From the NCBI GenBank assembly GCA_031388885.1, contig JANMSC010000087.1, positions 1-36,476 on the forward strand: a stretch of DNA of 36,476 nt, in the 5' to 3' direction. Shown here in pieces: positions 7,878-16,463 of this stretch. This DNA comes from Gemmatimonadales bacterium. GTDB taxonomy: Bacteria > Gemmatimonadota > Gemmatimonadetes > Gemmatimonadales > GWC2-71-9. A program made the position numbers and the translations under genes. Below the pieces are notes generated by a model, which did not search any database, was not told where the DNA came from, and saw only the letters and a list, made by a program, of their open reading frames with translations. How positions within the stretch are numbered: position 1 is the first letter of the stretch; each line of letters starts with the position of its first letter.

Positions 7878-9506
7878 CTACGGAACCGGCCTCGCCGCGG
7901 GCACCGCCGCGGGCTTGCGCGGCAACCGCTCATCGCGCTGTGCGGCCTGCCACGCGAACGCGGCCAGCACCGCCGAATTCCACTTCATGTCCTCCGGCTG
8001 GATCTTCTCGTACACGTCCATGTTCGAATGGTGCGTGCGCGAGCTGTAGTCGAGCCCATCCTGAATGAACTGGAAACCGGGCAGGCCGACACCATCGAAC
8101 GACTGGTGATCGGTGCCGCCAGTGTTCGAAATCGTGAGGGTCTTCATCCCGTTGGCGTTGAATGGTGCCATCCACGCGGTGAAGATCGGCGCAACCGCTG
8201 CATTGCCCTGCTGATAGACGCCACGGATCTTGCCGCCGCCGTTGTCGACATTGAAGTACGCCGAAAACATCTCGTGCTCCTTGGTCGGCTTGATGCCGGT
8301 CGAGTCCCGCGTCGCGAAATGCCTGGCGACGTACGCACGCGACCCCAGGAGTCCCTGCTCCTCGCCCGTCCACAGCGCGATCCGGATCGTGCGACGCGGC
8401 TTGAGGTCGAGCGTCTTGAGGATCCGCATCGCTTCCATCATCGTCGCGGAGCCGGCGGCGTTGTCGGTCGCACCGGTGCCTGAGTGCCATGAATCGAAGT
8501 GCCCACCGATCATCACCACTTCGTCTTTCAGCGTTGGATCGGTTCCCGGAATTTCGGCGATCACGTTGAACGACGTCGAGTCGGCCGGGTAGAAGCGATT
8601 CAGCATCTCGAGTTCGAGCGTCACCGGGATGTTGCGCTCGCGCATGCGCCAGATGCGTCCATACGACTCGTAACCGACGTGCACCATCGGCACTTGCGCC
8701 GCCTTGAGGTCGCGACGCGCCCCGTTGTCGGTGAACAGTGTGCCGTCGCCGCCGCGCGCGAGCATCAGGATCGCACCAACACCTTCCTGCTCCATCCAGC
8801 GCAAGGCCGAGGTGTCGGTGGTGACGTTGAAGCGACGCGCCGGACCCGCCCCGCCGGGACCGCGTCCGGCGAAGCTGCTGCCCGGGGCCGGTGGTGCTGC
8901 TAGTGCCATTTCGGCGAGGCGTTCATCGGTGAGTCGCGTGGCGTCGGGGGTGAACTTGCTCGACGGCAGCCCGTTCGGCTGGGTCAGCATGATGAACTGG
9001 CCCGCGAGCTTGCCAGTGTACATCGCCTTGAACGAGTCCAGCGTCATCGCCGTGTCCGACGGCACGATCACCACCCCACCGGTCACCTTGCCGCGTGTGC
9101 CGGCCGACCACGCCCGCGGCGCAGCTTGAACCTGGAAAAAGTTCGGTGCAGTCGAAACAAACGTGAATCGTTCGTTGGCCCAACCCAGTCCAGCCGGCGT
9201 CGACCAGCCCTCGAGGGCGACGTTGCGCAGGCCCCAGCGTTTCATCGTGCTCGCGGCCCAGTTGCCCGCCTTGGTCAGGTTGGGCGACCACGAGAGGCGC
9301 GGCCCGTGGACATCGGTGAGCCAGCTCATGATGTCCATAACCTGGGATCCGTTCATCGCCTCAGCCCGGATCCGGTCGATGGTGGCAACATCGATCGGTT
9401 CCTGGCCCCCAAGGGGCGTCACGAGCGCGGCGGCGGCGAACACAGCGAGACAGCGCGAGCGGATGACGGTCAACGGGCGCGCGCCAGCCGGTACGGCGTG
9501 GAACAT
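7878..9506 (-). CDS. M28-family aminopeptidase (PA domain plus M28 catalytic domain), secreted
   Basis: ...VVMIGGHFDSWHSGTGATDNAAGSATMMEAMRIL...LWTGEEQGLLGSRAYV... zinc-ligand pattern. Signal-like N-terminus MFHAVPAGARPLTVIRSRCLAVFAAAALV from the ATG at 9506. The track ORF runs on through the tRNA and repeats, and that extension is spurious. Confidence 0.88.
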   Translation of the reverse strand: MFHAVPAGARPLTVIRSRCLAVFAAAALVTPLGGQEPIDVATIDRIRAEAMNGSQVMDIMSWLTDVHGPRLSWSPNLTKAGNWAASTMKRWGLRNVALEGWSTPAGLGWANERFTFVSTAPNFFQVQAAPRAWSAGTRGKVTGGVVIVPSDTAMTLDSFKAMYTGKLAGQFIMLTQPNGLPSSKFTPDATRLTDERLAEMALAAPPAPGSSFAGRGPGGAGPARRFNVTTDTSALRWMEQEGVGAILMLARGGDGTLFTDNGARRDLKAAQVPMVHVGYESYGRIWRMRERNIPVTLELEMLNRFYPADSTSFNVIAEIPGTDPTLKDEVVMIGGHFDSWHSGTGATDNAAGSATMMEAMRILKTLDLKPRRTIRIALWTGEEQGLLGSRAYVARHFATRDSTGIKPTKEHEMFSAYFNVDNGGGKIRGVYQQGNAAVAPIFTAWMAPFNANGMKTLTISNTGGTDHQSFDGVGLPGFQFIQDGLDYSSRTHHSNMDVYEKIQPEDMKWNSAVLAAFAWQAAQRDERLPRKPAAVPAARPVP

Positions 9507-9570
9507 GACAGACTCCGATGGAGGGGTGGGCAGACGAGCAGTGTACGCGTGGGGCAGCTGCGCGGTTAGC

Positions 9571-9619
9571 GAGAAGCGAGAAGCGGGTGTCGAGAAGCGA
9601 GAAGCGAGAAGCGAGAAGC
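9571..9619. repeat. Heptamer tandem array (GAGAAGC)2 - GGGTGTC - (GAGAAGC)4
   Basis: Read directly from the sequence. The units stay in 7-nt register across the one diverged unit. The array is preceded by GTTAGC (9565-9570). It is the reverse complement of the array at 9810-9844. Confidence 0.95.
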
Positions 9620-9635
9620 GAACCCTCCCGCTTCT
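9614..9635 (-). terminator. Small hairpin just 3' of tRNA-Ala (7-bp stem AGAAGCG/CGCTTCT, 8-nt loop), built from the last heptamer unit
   Basis: Positions 9614-9620 pair with 9629-9635. The hairpin lies 10 nt downstream of the tRNA 3' end on the minus strand. Its function is not established. Confidence 0.3.
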
Positions 9636-9645
9636 GGCACCCCCA

Positions 9646-9718
9646 TGGAGCGGAGGGGGATCGAACCCCTGACCCCCTGCTTGCAAAGCAGGTGCTCTCC
9701 CAGCTGAGCTACCGCCCC
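9646..9718 (-). tRNA. tRNA-Ala (anticodon UGC), 73 nt, CCA not encoded
   Basis: Minus-strand sequence GGGGCGG-TA-GCTC-AGCTGGGA-GAGC-A-CCTGC-TTTGCAA-GCAGG-GGGTC-AGGGG-TTCGATC-CCCCT-CCGCTCC-A. Full cloverleaf with the G3:U70 alanine identity pair and a TTCGATC T-loop. Confidence 0.97.
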
Positions 9719-9730
9719 CATGCGGGCAGC

Positions 9731-9759
9731 AAACTAGCGGGCTTGGGGCGGGCAGTTAA
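9731..9759 (-). promoter_or_regulatory. Candidate sigma-70-like promoter for tRNA-Ala (TTAACT-N17-TAGTTT)
   Basis: Minus strand: TTAACT (9759-9754), a 17-nt spacer, then TAGTTT (9736-9731). The -10 element ends 12 nt before tRNA position 1. This rests on pattern match only. Confidence 0.3.
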
Positions 9760-9809
9760 GTCCCCGGGTGCTGCCTGTACCCATCCGAGCGGCAATGGCG
9801 AGGGCGGAC

Positions 9810-9844
9810 GCTTCTCGCTTCTCGCTTCTCGCTTCTCGCTTCTC
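9810..9844. repeat. Heptamer tandem array (GCTTCTC)5, perfect
   Basis: Read directly from the sequence. It is the reverse complement of the GAGAAGC array at 9571-9619 and begins 1 nt after the stop codon (9846-9848) of the OMP gene. Confidence 0.95.
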
Positions 9845-9845
9845 C

Positions 9846-10409
9846 CTACAGGCTATACCCCACCAGTACCAGGAACGTCCTCGTCTTCGAGTCCACCCCC
9901 GACGTCAGCTTGTTGAGGTCCGACAGGCCCCAGTTGTAGCGCCCCTCAACCGACAGCTTGCCTCCAAGCTTGATTCCTGCGCCGAGTACTGCGCCGTAGT
10001 CGCGATCCTTGACGGTGTCGCTGGGACAATCAAGCTCGTCCGTCTTGCAACTCAACCGCAATCCCACCGACGGCCCCGCGTACGCGAACGGCTGCAAGCC
10101 GGGAATCGGCAGTGAGACTTTGAGCAGGATCGGAATCTCGGCGTAGTCGAGCCTCACCGCGGTCGACGACGGCGATCCGTCGCCGTTGACTCCTTTCTGG
10201 ACGTACAACAGTTCCGGCGCGAGCCGGAACAGCCCGAACCCGAGCTCGAGCCCGATTCCAGCGGCGAATCCGGTCCGCGTTTCGAAATCAGGTTGCTTGT
10301 TCGACAGGGTCGCAAACGAGACCCCGCCTTTGATGGTCAATGAACCCTGAGCGGCCAGAGCAAGCGGCATCGTGAGCAGCGCGGCAACAACGAGGGCGGA
10401 TTTGCGCAT
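9846..10409 (-). CDS. Outer-membrane beta-barrel protein (small OmpA-like/porin-family barrel)
   Basis: MRKSALVVAALLTMPLALAAQ signal peptide. Alternating hydrophobic beta-strand pattern with G/Y-rich turns (GFAAGIGLELGF..., YGAVLGAGIKLGGKLSVEGRYNWGLSDL). GGAGA RBS 6 nt upstream of the ATG at 10409. Confidence 0.7.
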   Translation of the reverse strand: MRKSALVVAALLTMPLALAAQGSLTIKGGVSFATLSNKQPDFETRTGFAAGIGLELGFGLFRLAPELLYVQKGVNGDGSPSSTAVRLDYAEIPILLKVSLPIPGLQPFAYAGPSVGLRLSCKTDELDCPSDTVKDRDYGAVLGAGIKLGGKLSVEGRYNWGLSDLNKLTSGVDSKTRTFLVLVGYSL

Positions 10410-10495
10410 TGGGATTCTCCATTTGTGATGTGACCAAGGTGACGAATCACCCGGACGTCGATGCACCTCCGCTACATGGACGGTCGACTGTCGAC

Positions 10496-12604
10496 TTATG
10501 ACGTCATCGTCGGCTTCACCACCAGGTTCTCGATGAAAAACTCCATCATCCGCTGGTGGTTCATCGATGAGTGCCCCTGATCCGGCCCGACCATCACGTC
10601 AAAGCTCTTCCCCGCCTTCTGCAACGCCCGGATGAGCTGCATCGCGTTCGACGGATGCACGTTGTTGTCAGCGGTGCCGTAGTAGAGCATCAGTCGGCCC
10701 TTGAGCGAGTCGGCGTAGGTCATCGCCGACCCTGCCTTGTAGCCGTCGGCGTTCTCCTGCGGAATCCACATGTAGCGTTCGGTGTAGATCGTGTCGTAGT
10801 GGTCCCACGCCGTCACGGGCGAAGACGCCGCCGCGGCCTGGAACGCATCGGGGTGGCGCAGCAGCGCCAGTGCCGAGACGTAGCCGCCGTACGACGTGCC
10901 GTAGATGCCGACGCGATTCCGGTCGACATACGGACGTTGCCACAGCGCGCGCACCCCCGCTGCCTGATCGTCCACCTCGACGGTGCCGAGCTTCATGTAG
11001 ATCGCATCCATGAATGCCTTGCCGCGCCCACTGGCGCTGCGCGAATCGAGCGACAGCACGAGGAACCCGTACTCGCTCCGTGAATGTGGCAACGTGAAGG
11101 TCTCACGTGCACCATTGCTCCCTGGACCGGCATACACCTCCACGAGCACCGGATACTGCTTCGAGGGGTCGAAGCTCGACGGCTTCGACAGCATGCCGTG
11201 CAGCTCGGTGACGCCATCTGCGGCCTTGTAGGTAAACAGCTCGACCGGCTTGAGCCCAAGCTGGTTGAACTGCGACATGTCACTGGCGGCGAGTTCGGTG
11301 ACGAGCTTCCCGTTCGCGTCCAGAATGCGTGTCGTCGGCGCGATGTCGTGGGCCTGCGCGACATCGACGAAGTGCCTCCCGTCGGGTGCCATGCTGATCG
11401 TGTGATGGAGCGTCGGATCGGTCAGTCGGCGGTCACGCTTGCCGTCAAGTCCGACACGGTGGAGCTGCAGCTTCATGTGATTGTCGCCACTGCGCGCCAT
11501 GTACCAAAGCACCCCTGCCTTTTCGTCCACCCGCACGACGTTGGCGACCTCGAACGGGTGCTTGGTCAGAGTGGCCAGAAACTTTCCATCGAAGTTGTAG
11601 AGGTAGAAGTTCTTGAAGCCGGTGCGTTCCGAGCCCCAGATGAATCGCTGCTTGTCGGCCAGCCAGCGAATGTCCGGATGGTTCGCGGTCCAGCTTGCTG
11701 GCCAGGCTTCGCGCACCACCACTCGGCACCTGCCCGTCGCGGGCGAACACGCGGCGAACTCCATCACATTCTGGCGCCGGTTGGTGCGATTGACCGTGAC
11801 CTCCCGACCATCGGGCGACCAGCCGACGTTGTACACGTAGTGACCGACCACGTCGTTGGTGAACGATTTGCCATCGCGGACGTCGATCGACACCGACTTC
11901 TTCGCGGCGACATCATACACAAACAGGTCGACCACCGGATTCGGCGATCCCGCCTTGGGATACGCTTCGGTGTCAACCGTGCTGTAGAGCTTGGTCTGGT
12001 CCATTTGCAACAGGTAGTCGGGCACCGGCTTTTCGTCGAAGCGGTAGTACGCGATCTGCGTGCTCGTCGGGTTCCACCACATGGCACTGGTCTGGCGCAA
12101 CTCCTCGCCGTACACCCACGACGCCGTGCCGTACTTGATCCGGTCACGCGCGCTGCCGTCGGTGGTGATGACCGTCTCGTTGGCACCGGCGGTGTCGCTC
12201 ATCCACAGATTGCGATCACGATGCGTGGCCTTGAGCTTGCCGTCAGGTGACACGGCCGACTCCACCTGACGGCCGCGGGCTACACCCGATCCGCCACGTG
12301 CACCGCTGCCCGGTGCAGCAGCAGTGGTAGCCGCCGCCTCGACGAGCGTGCGACCCGCGACATCGTATCGCCACCGCTTCCCGTCGCGCCCGAACTCAAG
12401 CGCCTTCCCCGAATCCGTCCAGGCGAGCATGGAGACGGTGCCCAGCTTGACGGAACCCGGGATCTCCTTGCTCATTTTCTGGAACTGCTCGTACCCAGGC
12501 ATGGTCTTGAGCCTGTCCTGAGCCGAGGCGTCGGCAAGCCCGCACACCACGAACGCGCTGGTCCAAAATCCCGCCATGCGGCGAGCCGCACTCCGCTGCT
12601 TCAT
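10496..12604 (-). CDS. Dipeptidyl-peptidase IV (S9B prolyl oligopeptidase family), secreted
   Basis: DPPIV N-terminal propeller (WSPDG...), then the catalytic Ser in GIYGTSYGGY, followed by YGTADNNVH and GPDQGHS. The ATG at 12604 has an AGGAG RBS, and the product starts with a signal-like MKQRSAARRMAGFWTSAFVVCGLADASA. Confidence 0.9.
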   Translation of the reverse strand: MKQRSAARRMAGFWTSAFVVCGLADASAQDRLKTMPGYEQFQKMSKEIPGSVKLGTVSMLAWTDSGKALEFGRDGKRWRYDVAGRTLVEAAATTAAAPGSGARGGSGVARGRQVESAVSPDGKLKATHRDRNLWMSDTAGANETVITTDGSARDRIKYGTASWVYGEELRQTSAMWWNPTSTQIAYYRFDEKPVPDYLLQMDQTKLYSTVDTEAYPKAGSPNPVVDLFVYDVAAKKSVSIDVRDGKSFTNDVVGHYVYNVGWSPDGREVTVNRTNRRQNVMEFAACSPATGRCRVVVREAWPASWTANHPDIRWLADKQRFIWGSERTGFKNFYLYNFDGKFLATLTKHPFEVANVVRVDEKAGVLWYMARSGDNHMKLQLHRVGLDGKRDRRLTDPTLHHTISMAPDGRHFVDVAQAHDIAPTTRILDANGKLVTELAASDMSQFNQLGLKPVELFTYKAADGVTELHGMLSKPSSFDPSKQYPVLVEVYAGPGSNGARETFTLPHSRSEYGFLVLSLDSRSASGRGKAFMDAIYMKLGTVEVDDQAAGVRALWQRPYVDRNRVGIYGTSYGGYVSALALLRHPDAFQAAAASSPVTAWDHYDTIYTERYMWIPQENADGYKAGSAMTYADSLKGRLMLYYGTADNNVHPSNAMQLIRALQKAGKSFDVMVGPDQGHSSMNHQRMMEFFIENLVVKPTMTS

Positions 12605-12704
12605 CCTGAAACTCCTTGAGTGTACAGATTTCATGCTCAGCGCGTCTCCAGAGGGCCGCTGACCCAACCGGCCCGCCACCGTACTTCTCGGGAGACCCGC
12701 CGCC

Positions 12705-13094
12705 ATGCCGCTCGGCACGCAGATCGTCTGGCTCTTCGTGCTCGCCATCCCGGTCGCCTGCCTCACGTGGTCGGTGACCAATGAGGAGGTCTTTCGGGAC
12801 CTCCGGGAATTCTGTGAAGTCCGCAGTACGCGTTGTACGCGGGTCTACCAACGAAAGTTCTTCTACCTCTTCACCTGCGAGTACTGCTTCAGCCACTACG
12901 TGTCGCTGCTCGCCGTCTGGGTCACAGGCTTCCGCCTGCTCCACGACGGGTGGCGGGGCTTCGTGATCGGCTGGCTCGCGGTCGTCTGGATCGCCAATCT
13001 GTACATGAGCATCCATGCCCGGCTCAAGGTGTCGATCAAGAGCGAGCGGGTGGGGGTGCAGTTGAAGGAGGAGAAACTTGGCGATGAGCTCTAG
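12705..13094 (+). CDS. Small membrane protein with a CxxC motif (tentatively DUF1360-like)
   Basis: Three hydrophobic segments, FTCEYCFSHYVSLLAVWV, GC3-rich frame. The antisense 235-aa ORF was rejected. Confidence 0.6.
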   Translation: MPLGTQIVWLFVLAIPVACLTWSVTNEEVFRDLREFCEVRSTRCTRVYQRKFFYLFTCEYCFSHYVSLLAVWVTGFRLLHDGWRGFVIGWLAVVWIANLYMSIHARLKVSIKSERVGVQLKEEKLGDEL

Positions 13095-13114
13095 GCGCGA
13101 CACGCATGTCGCAC

Positions 13115-14269
13115 CTATTGCATCTTCCAGAACGTGATCCCTCCCGCCTGCTGTCCAACGTCGACCGACGCGACCCGAACGCGTGCCTTGAGATCATAGA
13201 TATCGACCTTGCCAGGCTCGGCGCCCACGCCCTCGCTACTCACGAACGCGTAGCGGGAATCGGGCGAGATGACGGTGCCATGCGTGACCGTCGTTGAGCT
13301 CTTCACCTGCATCACCGACGCACCAGTCGCAAGGTCGAACAGCTGCATGGCGCCGCCCTGCTTGAGCGACGCGACCAGCAGCGTACCATCCGGAGACACG
13401 GCCAGATTATATGGGCCGCGCCCGGTGGCCAGACGACGGGTGACGAGCCACGTGGCCCGGTCGATCTCGATGATCTGGTCAGCCTTGTTGCACGCGACGT
13501 AGATCTTTTTTCCGTCAGCCGACGGTTGCGCCCACGTCGGGGAGCAGGTGGCCGGCGGCATCGTTGCGCGGGTGACGTGCCTCGCGTGGACTGCCGGCGC
13601 GATGGCTGGCAGCGCACGTTCCTTCCCGTTCGCGAGCGAGAAGCGCCGCGACACCGCAAATGCGCGGGTGTCGATCTCGACGAGCTGGTCATCCATCATG
13701 CACGTCGAATAGTGGTAATCGCCGGCCGGTGCAACCCGCGAACCGTGCGGCATCACACAGGTGGTGATGCGCGCCACTTCTTCGCTCGTCGGCGTGTACA
13801 CTACCGACACCGACGACGGCACCATCTCACCGTGCAAGTTGAAATTGACCACGAACGCATACAGGCCATCGGGGGTCACGTCGATCGACGCCGGGAAAAA
13901 GCCGAGAAACGTGCCCGGACCCACGAGCGTGTCGGCACCAAGCGCGTAGCGCCAGTACTTGCCGTCGGGCGAACCGTGTCCGGTGGTCAGGTGCAGAAAC
14001 TGACCGTCGGCCGAGACCTGCAGGCCATGGGGGCCTTCCATTTCGACGGCGGACTCGCCAACCGGTGTGGTTTTCTCCACCATCGCGCCGTCGGGGCCGA
14101 AACGAATCCGGTGCATCAGGTCGGCGCTTTCCGCTCCGACGTAGACCCAATAGGTCGTGACCGGACGCGGCGGCTGGGCGCCCTGCGCGCCGACCCGAGC
14201 GACGAAACCTTGCGTCAGGAAGGCGAGCAGGAGAAACGATTGGTTGCGGCGGGCGGGCGTGAGACCCAT
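13115..14269 (-). CDS. YVTN-family beta-propeller repeat protein, secreted
   Basis: Signal-like N-terminus. Repeated ...GRGPYNLAVSPDGTLLVASL..., ...VISPDSRYAFVSS..., ...IDVTPDGLYAFVVN... blades. Confidence 0.75.
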   Translation of the reverse strand: MGLTPARRNQSFLLLAFLTQGFVARVGAQGAQPPRPVTTYWVYVGAESADLMHRIRFGPDGAMVEKTTPVGESAVEMEGPHGLQVSADGQFLHLTTGHGSPDGKYWRYALGADTLVGPGTFLGFFPASIDVTPDGLYAFVVNFNLHGEMVPSSVSVVYTPTSEEVARITTCVMPHGSRVAPAGDYHYSTCMMDDQLVEIDTRAFAVSRRFSLANGKERALPAIAPAVHARHVTRATMPPATCSPTWAQPSADGKKIYVACNKADQIIEIDRATWLVTRRLATGRGPYNLAVSPDGTLLVASLKQGGAMQLFDLATGASVMQVKSSTTVTHGTVISPDSRYAFVSSEGVGAEPGKVDIYDLKARVRVASVDVGQQAGGITFWKMQ

Positions 14270-14369
14270 TATCTGTTGTTACCTCTGCACCAGGATGTCC
14301 CAGTGCTCGTCACCCGCGTCGCTCAGTGCGGGATGGTGGTGAGCGTCCCGTACTCGAGGATTGTTACCC

Positions 14370-16442
14370 ATGAACGTAACGTCGTCTTCGCGCTTCGTCA
14401 GGACATTCGTCACGGTGCTCGCCGTCGCGCTGTGCAACACACTCCCGGTCATCGCACAGCAAACTCCGGTCGCTCCACCCGTCCGCCCCATTGCGCGCCT
14501 CGCCGCAGAACCTGCCTCCCTGAAGATCCAGGCTGGCCAGAGTGCGTCGCTCAAGGTTACCGCGTACGACGCGCAGGGCGTCATCATCGCCGACGCGGCG
14601 ATCCGCATATCCGGTAACCGCACCTTGATCCAGGTCGGCGACGGGACGGTGACGGCGCTGCGCGCCGGTGCGTTCGAGCTGATCGCCAGCGGACCCGGCA
14701 CCGCCGGTTCACCGGCGACCATCCTTCGGATTCCGGTGACCGTGAGCTGGCCCGCCGTCGCGACCGTGGAGATCACGCCCGAGCCAGGTCGCCTGTACAC
14801 CGGCGTGACGCTCGGCCACCGGGCCCGGGCGCTGCACGCCGACAAGTCGGTGCGACCGGCCGATGCGCTGACCCTCCGGTGGCGCAGTTCGGCCCCCACC
14901 GTCGCGAGCGTCGACCGTCACGGCAACGTCACTGCCCATCGTGCCGGTCCCGTGGTGATCACGGCGGACGCCGATGGGACTCGCGGAACGACATCGTACA
15001 CCGTCGTCGCCAACCCGGTCGCGTCGGTCGCGATCCAGATGAGCGACACCGTCCTCCGAACCGGCGACGTCGTTCACCTCAAGGCCGCAGCGATGCGCGC
15101 CAGTGGAACTCAGGTCACGGATGTGCCGATCACGTGGAGTTACACCTACGTCCCGGACGACACGATCGCCGCACCCGGTGCGACCGGTGTGATCGATCGC
15201 GGGCTCTTCACCGCGGAAGTACCGGGGCGTTACACCCTGTTGGCAACCGCGGGCAACGCCACCGCACGCAGCGTGGTGGAAGTGCGGCCGCGTGACGTCC
15301 GCCGCCGGATCACGCCGCAGGGGCGTGGCAACATCAACCATGTGCATACGTCCGATTTCTGGCCCTGGTCGGGCAAGGACGGCCGCGACTACGCCCTCGT
15401 CGGCACGTGGGGCGGCGACGGCTGGGCCTACGTGATGGATATCACCGACATGACGAACATCACGAAGTCGGATTCGGTGAAAATCGATGCCCGTGTGATC
15501 AACGACGTCACCGTGTCGCCCGACGGTCGTTACGGCGTGCTCTCCCGTGAGGGGGCATCGAATCGCGTCAACGGCGTGGTGATCCTCGACCTGGCCAACC
15601 CGGCCCATCCGAAAGTGGCCGCAACATTCGATCAGGAGCTGACCGGCGGCGTCCACAACATGTTCGCCACCAACGATCACCTCTTCGCCGTCTCGGGCGG
15701 CGACAAATACGTCATCGTCGACATGAAGGACATCTACAAGCCGACCCTCGCCGGCGAATACAACCACCCCGATTCACGGATCCACGACGTGTGGGTCCAT
15801 GACGGCATTGCCTACTCGTCGGAGTGGGGAACGGGTGTCGTGGCCGTGGACGTCGGGAACGGCACGTATGGCGGCACCATCGCCAAACCGGTCCTCATCG
15901 CGACGTACGGCACCACCAGCGGGGCCACGCATGAGATCTATCCCTACTTCCAGAAGTCGACCGGCAAGGTGTACCTCTTCCTTGGCGATGAGATCATGTC
16001 GCGCGAAGGTCGGGTATGGGAGGGCTCGAACTATTTCAACGACCTGTTCGGCGCGTCACCGAAGCGGGGCGGCGTGGCGCAGACGTCGGCGGGATACACC
16101 CACATCGTCGACTTCACCGATCCGAGAAACCCGAAGAACATTGCGAAATATCATCAGGAGGAGTTCGGCGCGCACGACATCGTCGTCGAAGACGACGTGA
16201 TGTATCAGGCCTACTATGACGGCGGTGTACGGATCGTTGACGTCTCGGGAGAGCTGCTCGGGAACCTCGCCGAGCAGCGGCGCGAGATCGCGGTATTCAA
16301 GCCGTTCGATCCGCAGGGATTCACCGCGAACGCGCCGTTCGTGATGAACGCGATGCCGTGGAAGGGGCACATCCTCTTCACGGATTTCAACAGTGGGCTG
16401 TGGGCGGCGAAGCTGGAGCCAAAGCCGGGGATGGTGCCGTAG
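14370..16442 (+). CDS. Secreted protein with N-terminal Big_2-like Ig domains and a C-terminal LVIVD-repeat beta-propeller
   Basis: Signal peptide MNVTSSSRFVRTFVTVLAVALCNTLPVIAQQ. Ig-like segments (ASLKIQAGQSASLKVTAYDAQG..., VASVDRHGNVTAHRAGPVVITA...). LVIVD-type motifs VVILDL, YVIVDM, VVAVDV, VRIVDV. AGGA lies 9 nt before the ATG at 14370. Confidence 0.8.
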   Translation: MNVTSSSRFVRTFVTVLAVALCNTLPVIAQQTPVAPPVRPIARLAAEPASLKIQAGQSASLKVTAYDAQGVIIADAAIRISGNRTLIQVGDGTVTALRAGAFELIASGPGTAGSPATILRIPVTVSWPAVATVEITPEPGRLYTGVTLGHRARALHADKSVRPADALTLRWRSSAPTVASVDRHGNVTAHRAGPVVITADADGTRGTTSYTVVANPVASVAIQMSDTVLRTGDVVHLKAAAMRASGTQVTDVPITWSYTYVPDDTIAAPGATGVIDRGLFTAEVPGRYTLLATAGNATARSVVEVRPRDVRRRITPQGRGNINHVHTSDFWPWSGKDGRDYALVGTWGGDGWAYVMDITDMTNITKSDSVKIDARVINDVTVSPDGRYGVLSREGASNRVNGVVILDLANPAHPKVAATFDQELTGGVHNMFATNDHLFAVSGGDKYVIVDMKDIYKPTLAGEYNHPDSRIHDVWVHDGIAYSSEWGTGVVAVDVGNGTYGGTIAKPVLIATYGTTSGATHEIYPYFQKSTGKVYLFLGDEIMSREGRVWEGSNYFNDLFGASPKRGGVAQTSAGYTHIVDFTDPRNPKNIAKYHQEEFGAHDIVVEDDVMYQAYYDGGVRIVDVSGELLGNLAEQRREIAVFKPFDPQGFTANAPFVMNAMPWKGHILFTDFNSGLWAAKLEPKPGMVP

Positions 16443-16463
16443 CGGTCGACTTTCGGCTGACGA

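Noticed and set aside
6954-8483. 509-aa plus-strand ORF
   Set aside because: It is antisense to the SurA-like and M28 genes and spans their intergenic region. It has no motifs and an Arg-rich composition.
9507-9686. Extension of the M28 peptidase ORF across the heptamer array and into the tRNA
   Set aside because: It translates the repeats (SRFSLLASRFS) and the tRNA body. A normal signal peptide starts at the internal ATG at 9506.
9571-9844. Heptamer arrays as a CRISPR array or as att sites of an integrated element
   Set aside because: The units are only 7 nt with no spacers, so this is not CRISPR. There is no integrase or excisionase, no partial tRNA duplication and no compositional shift next to the tRNA, so there is no evidence of an island.
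14709-15767. 352-aa minus-strand ORF
   Set aside because: It is antisense to the Big_2/LVIVD gene. The composition is Arg/Gly/Asp/His-rich with no motifs.
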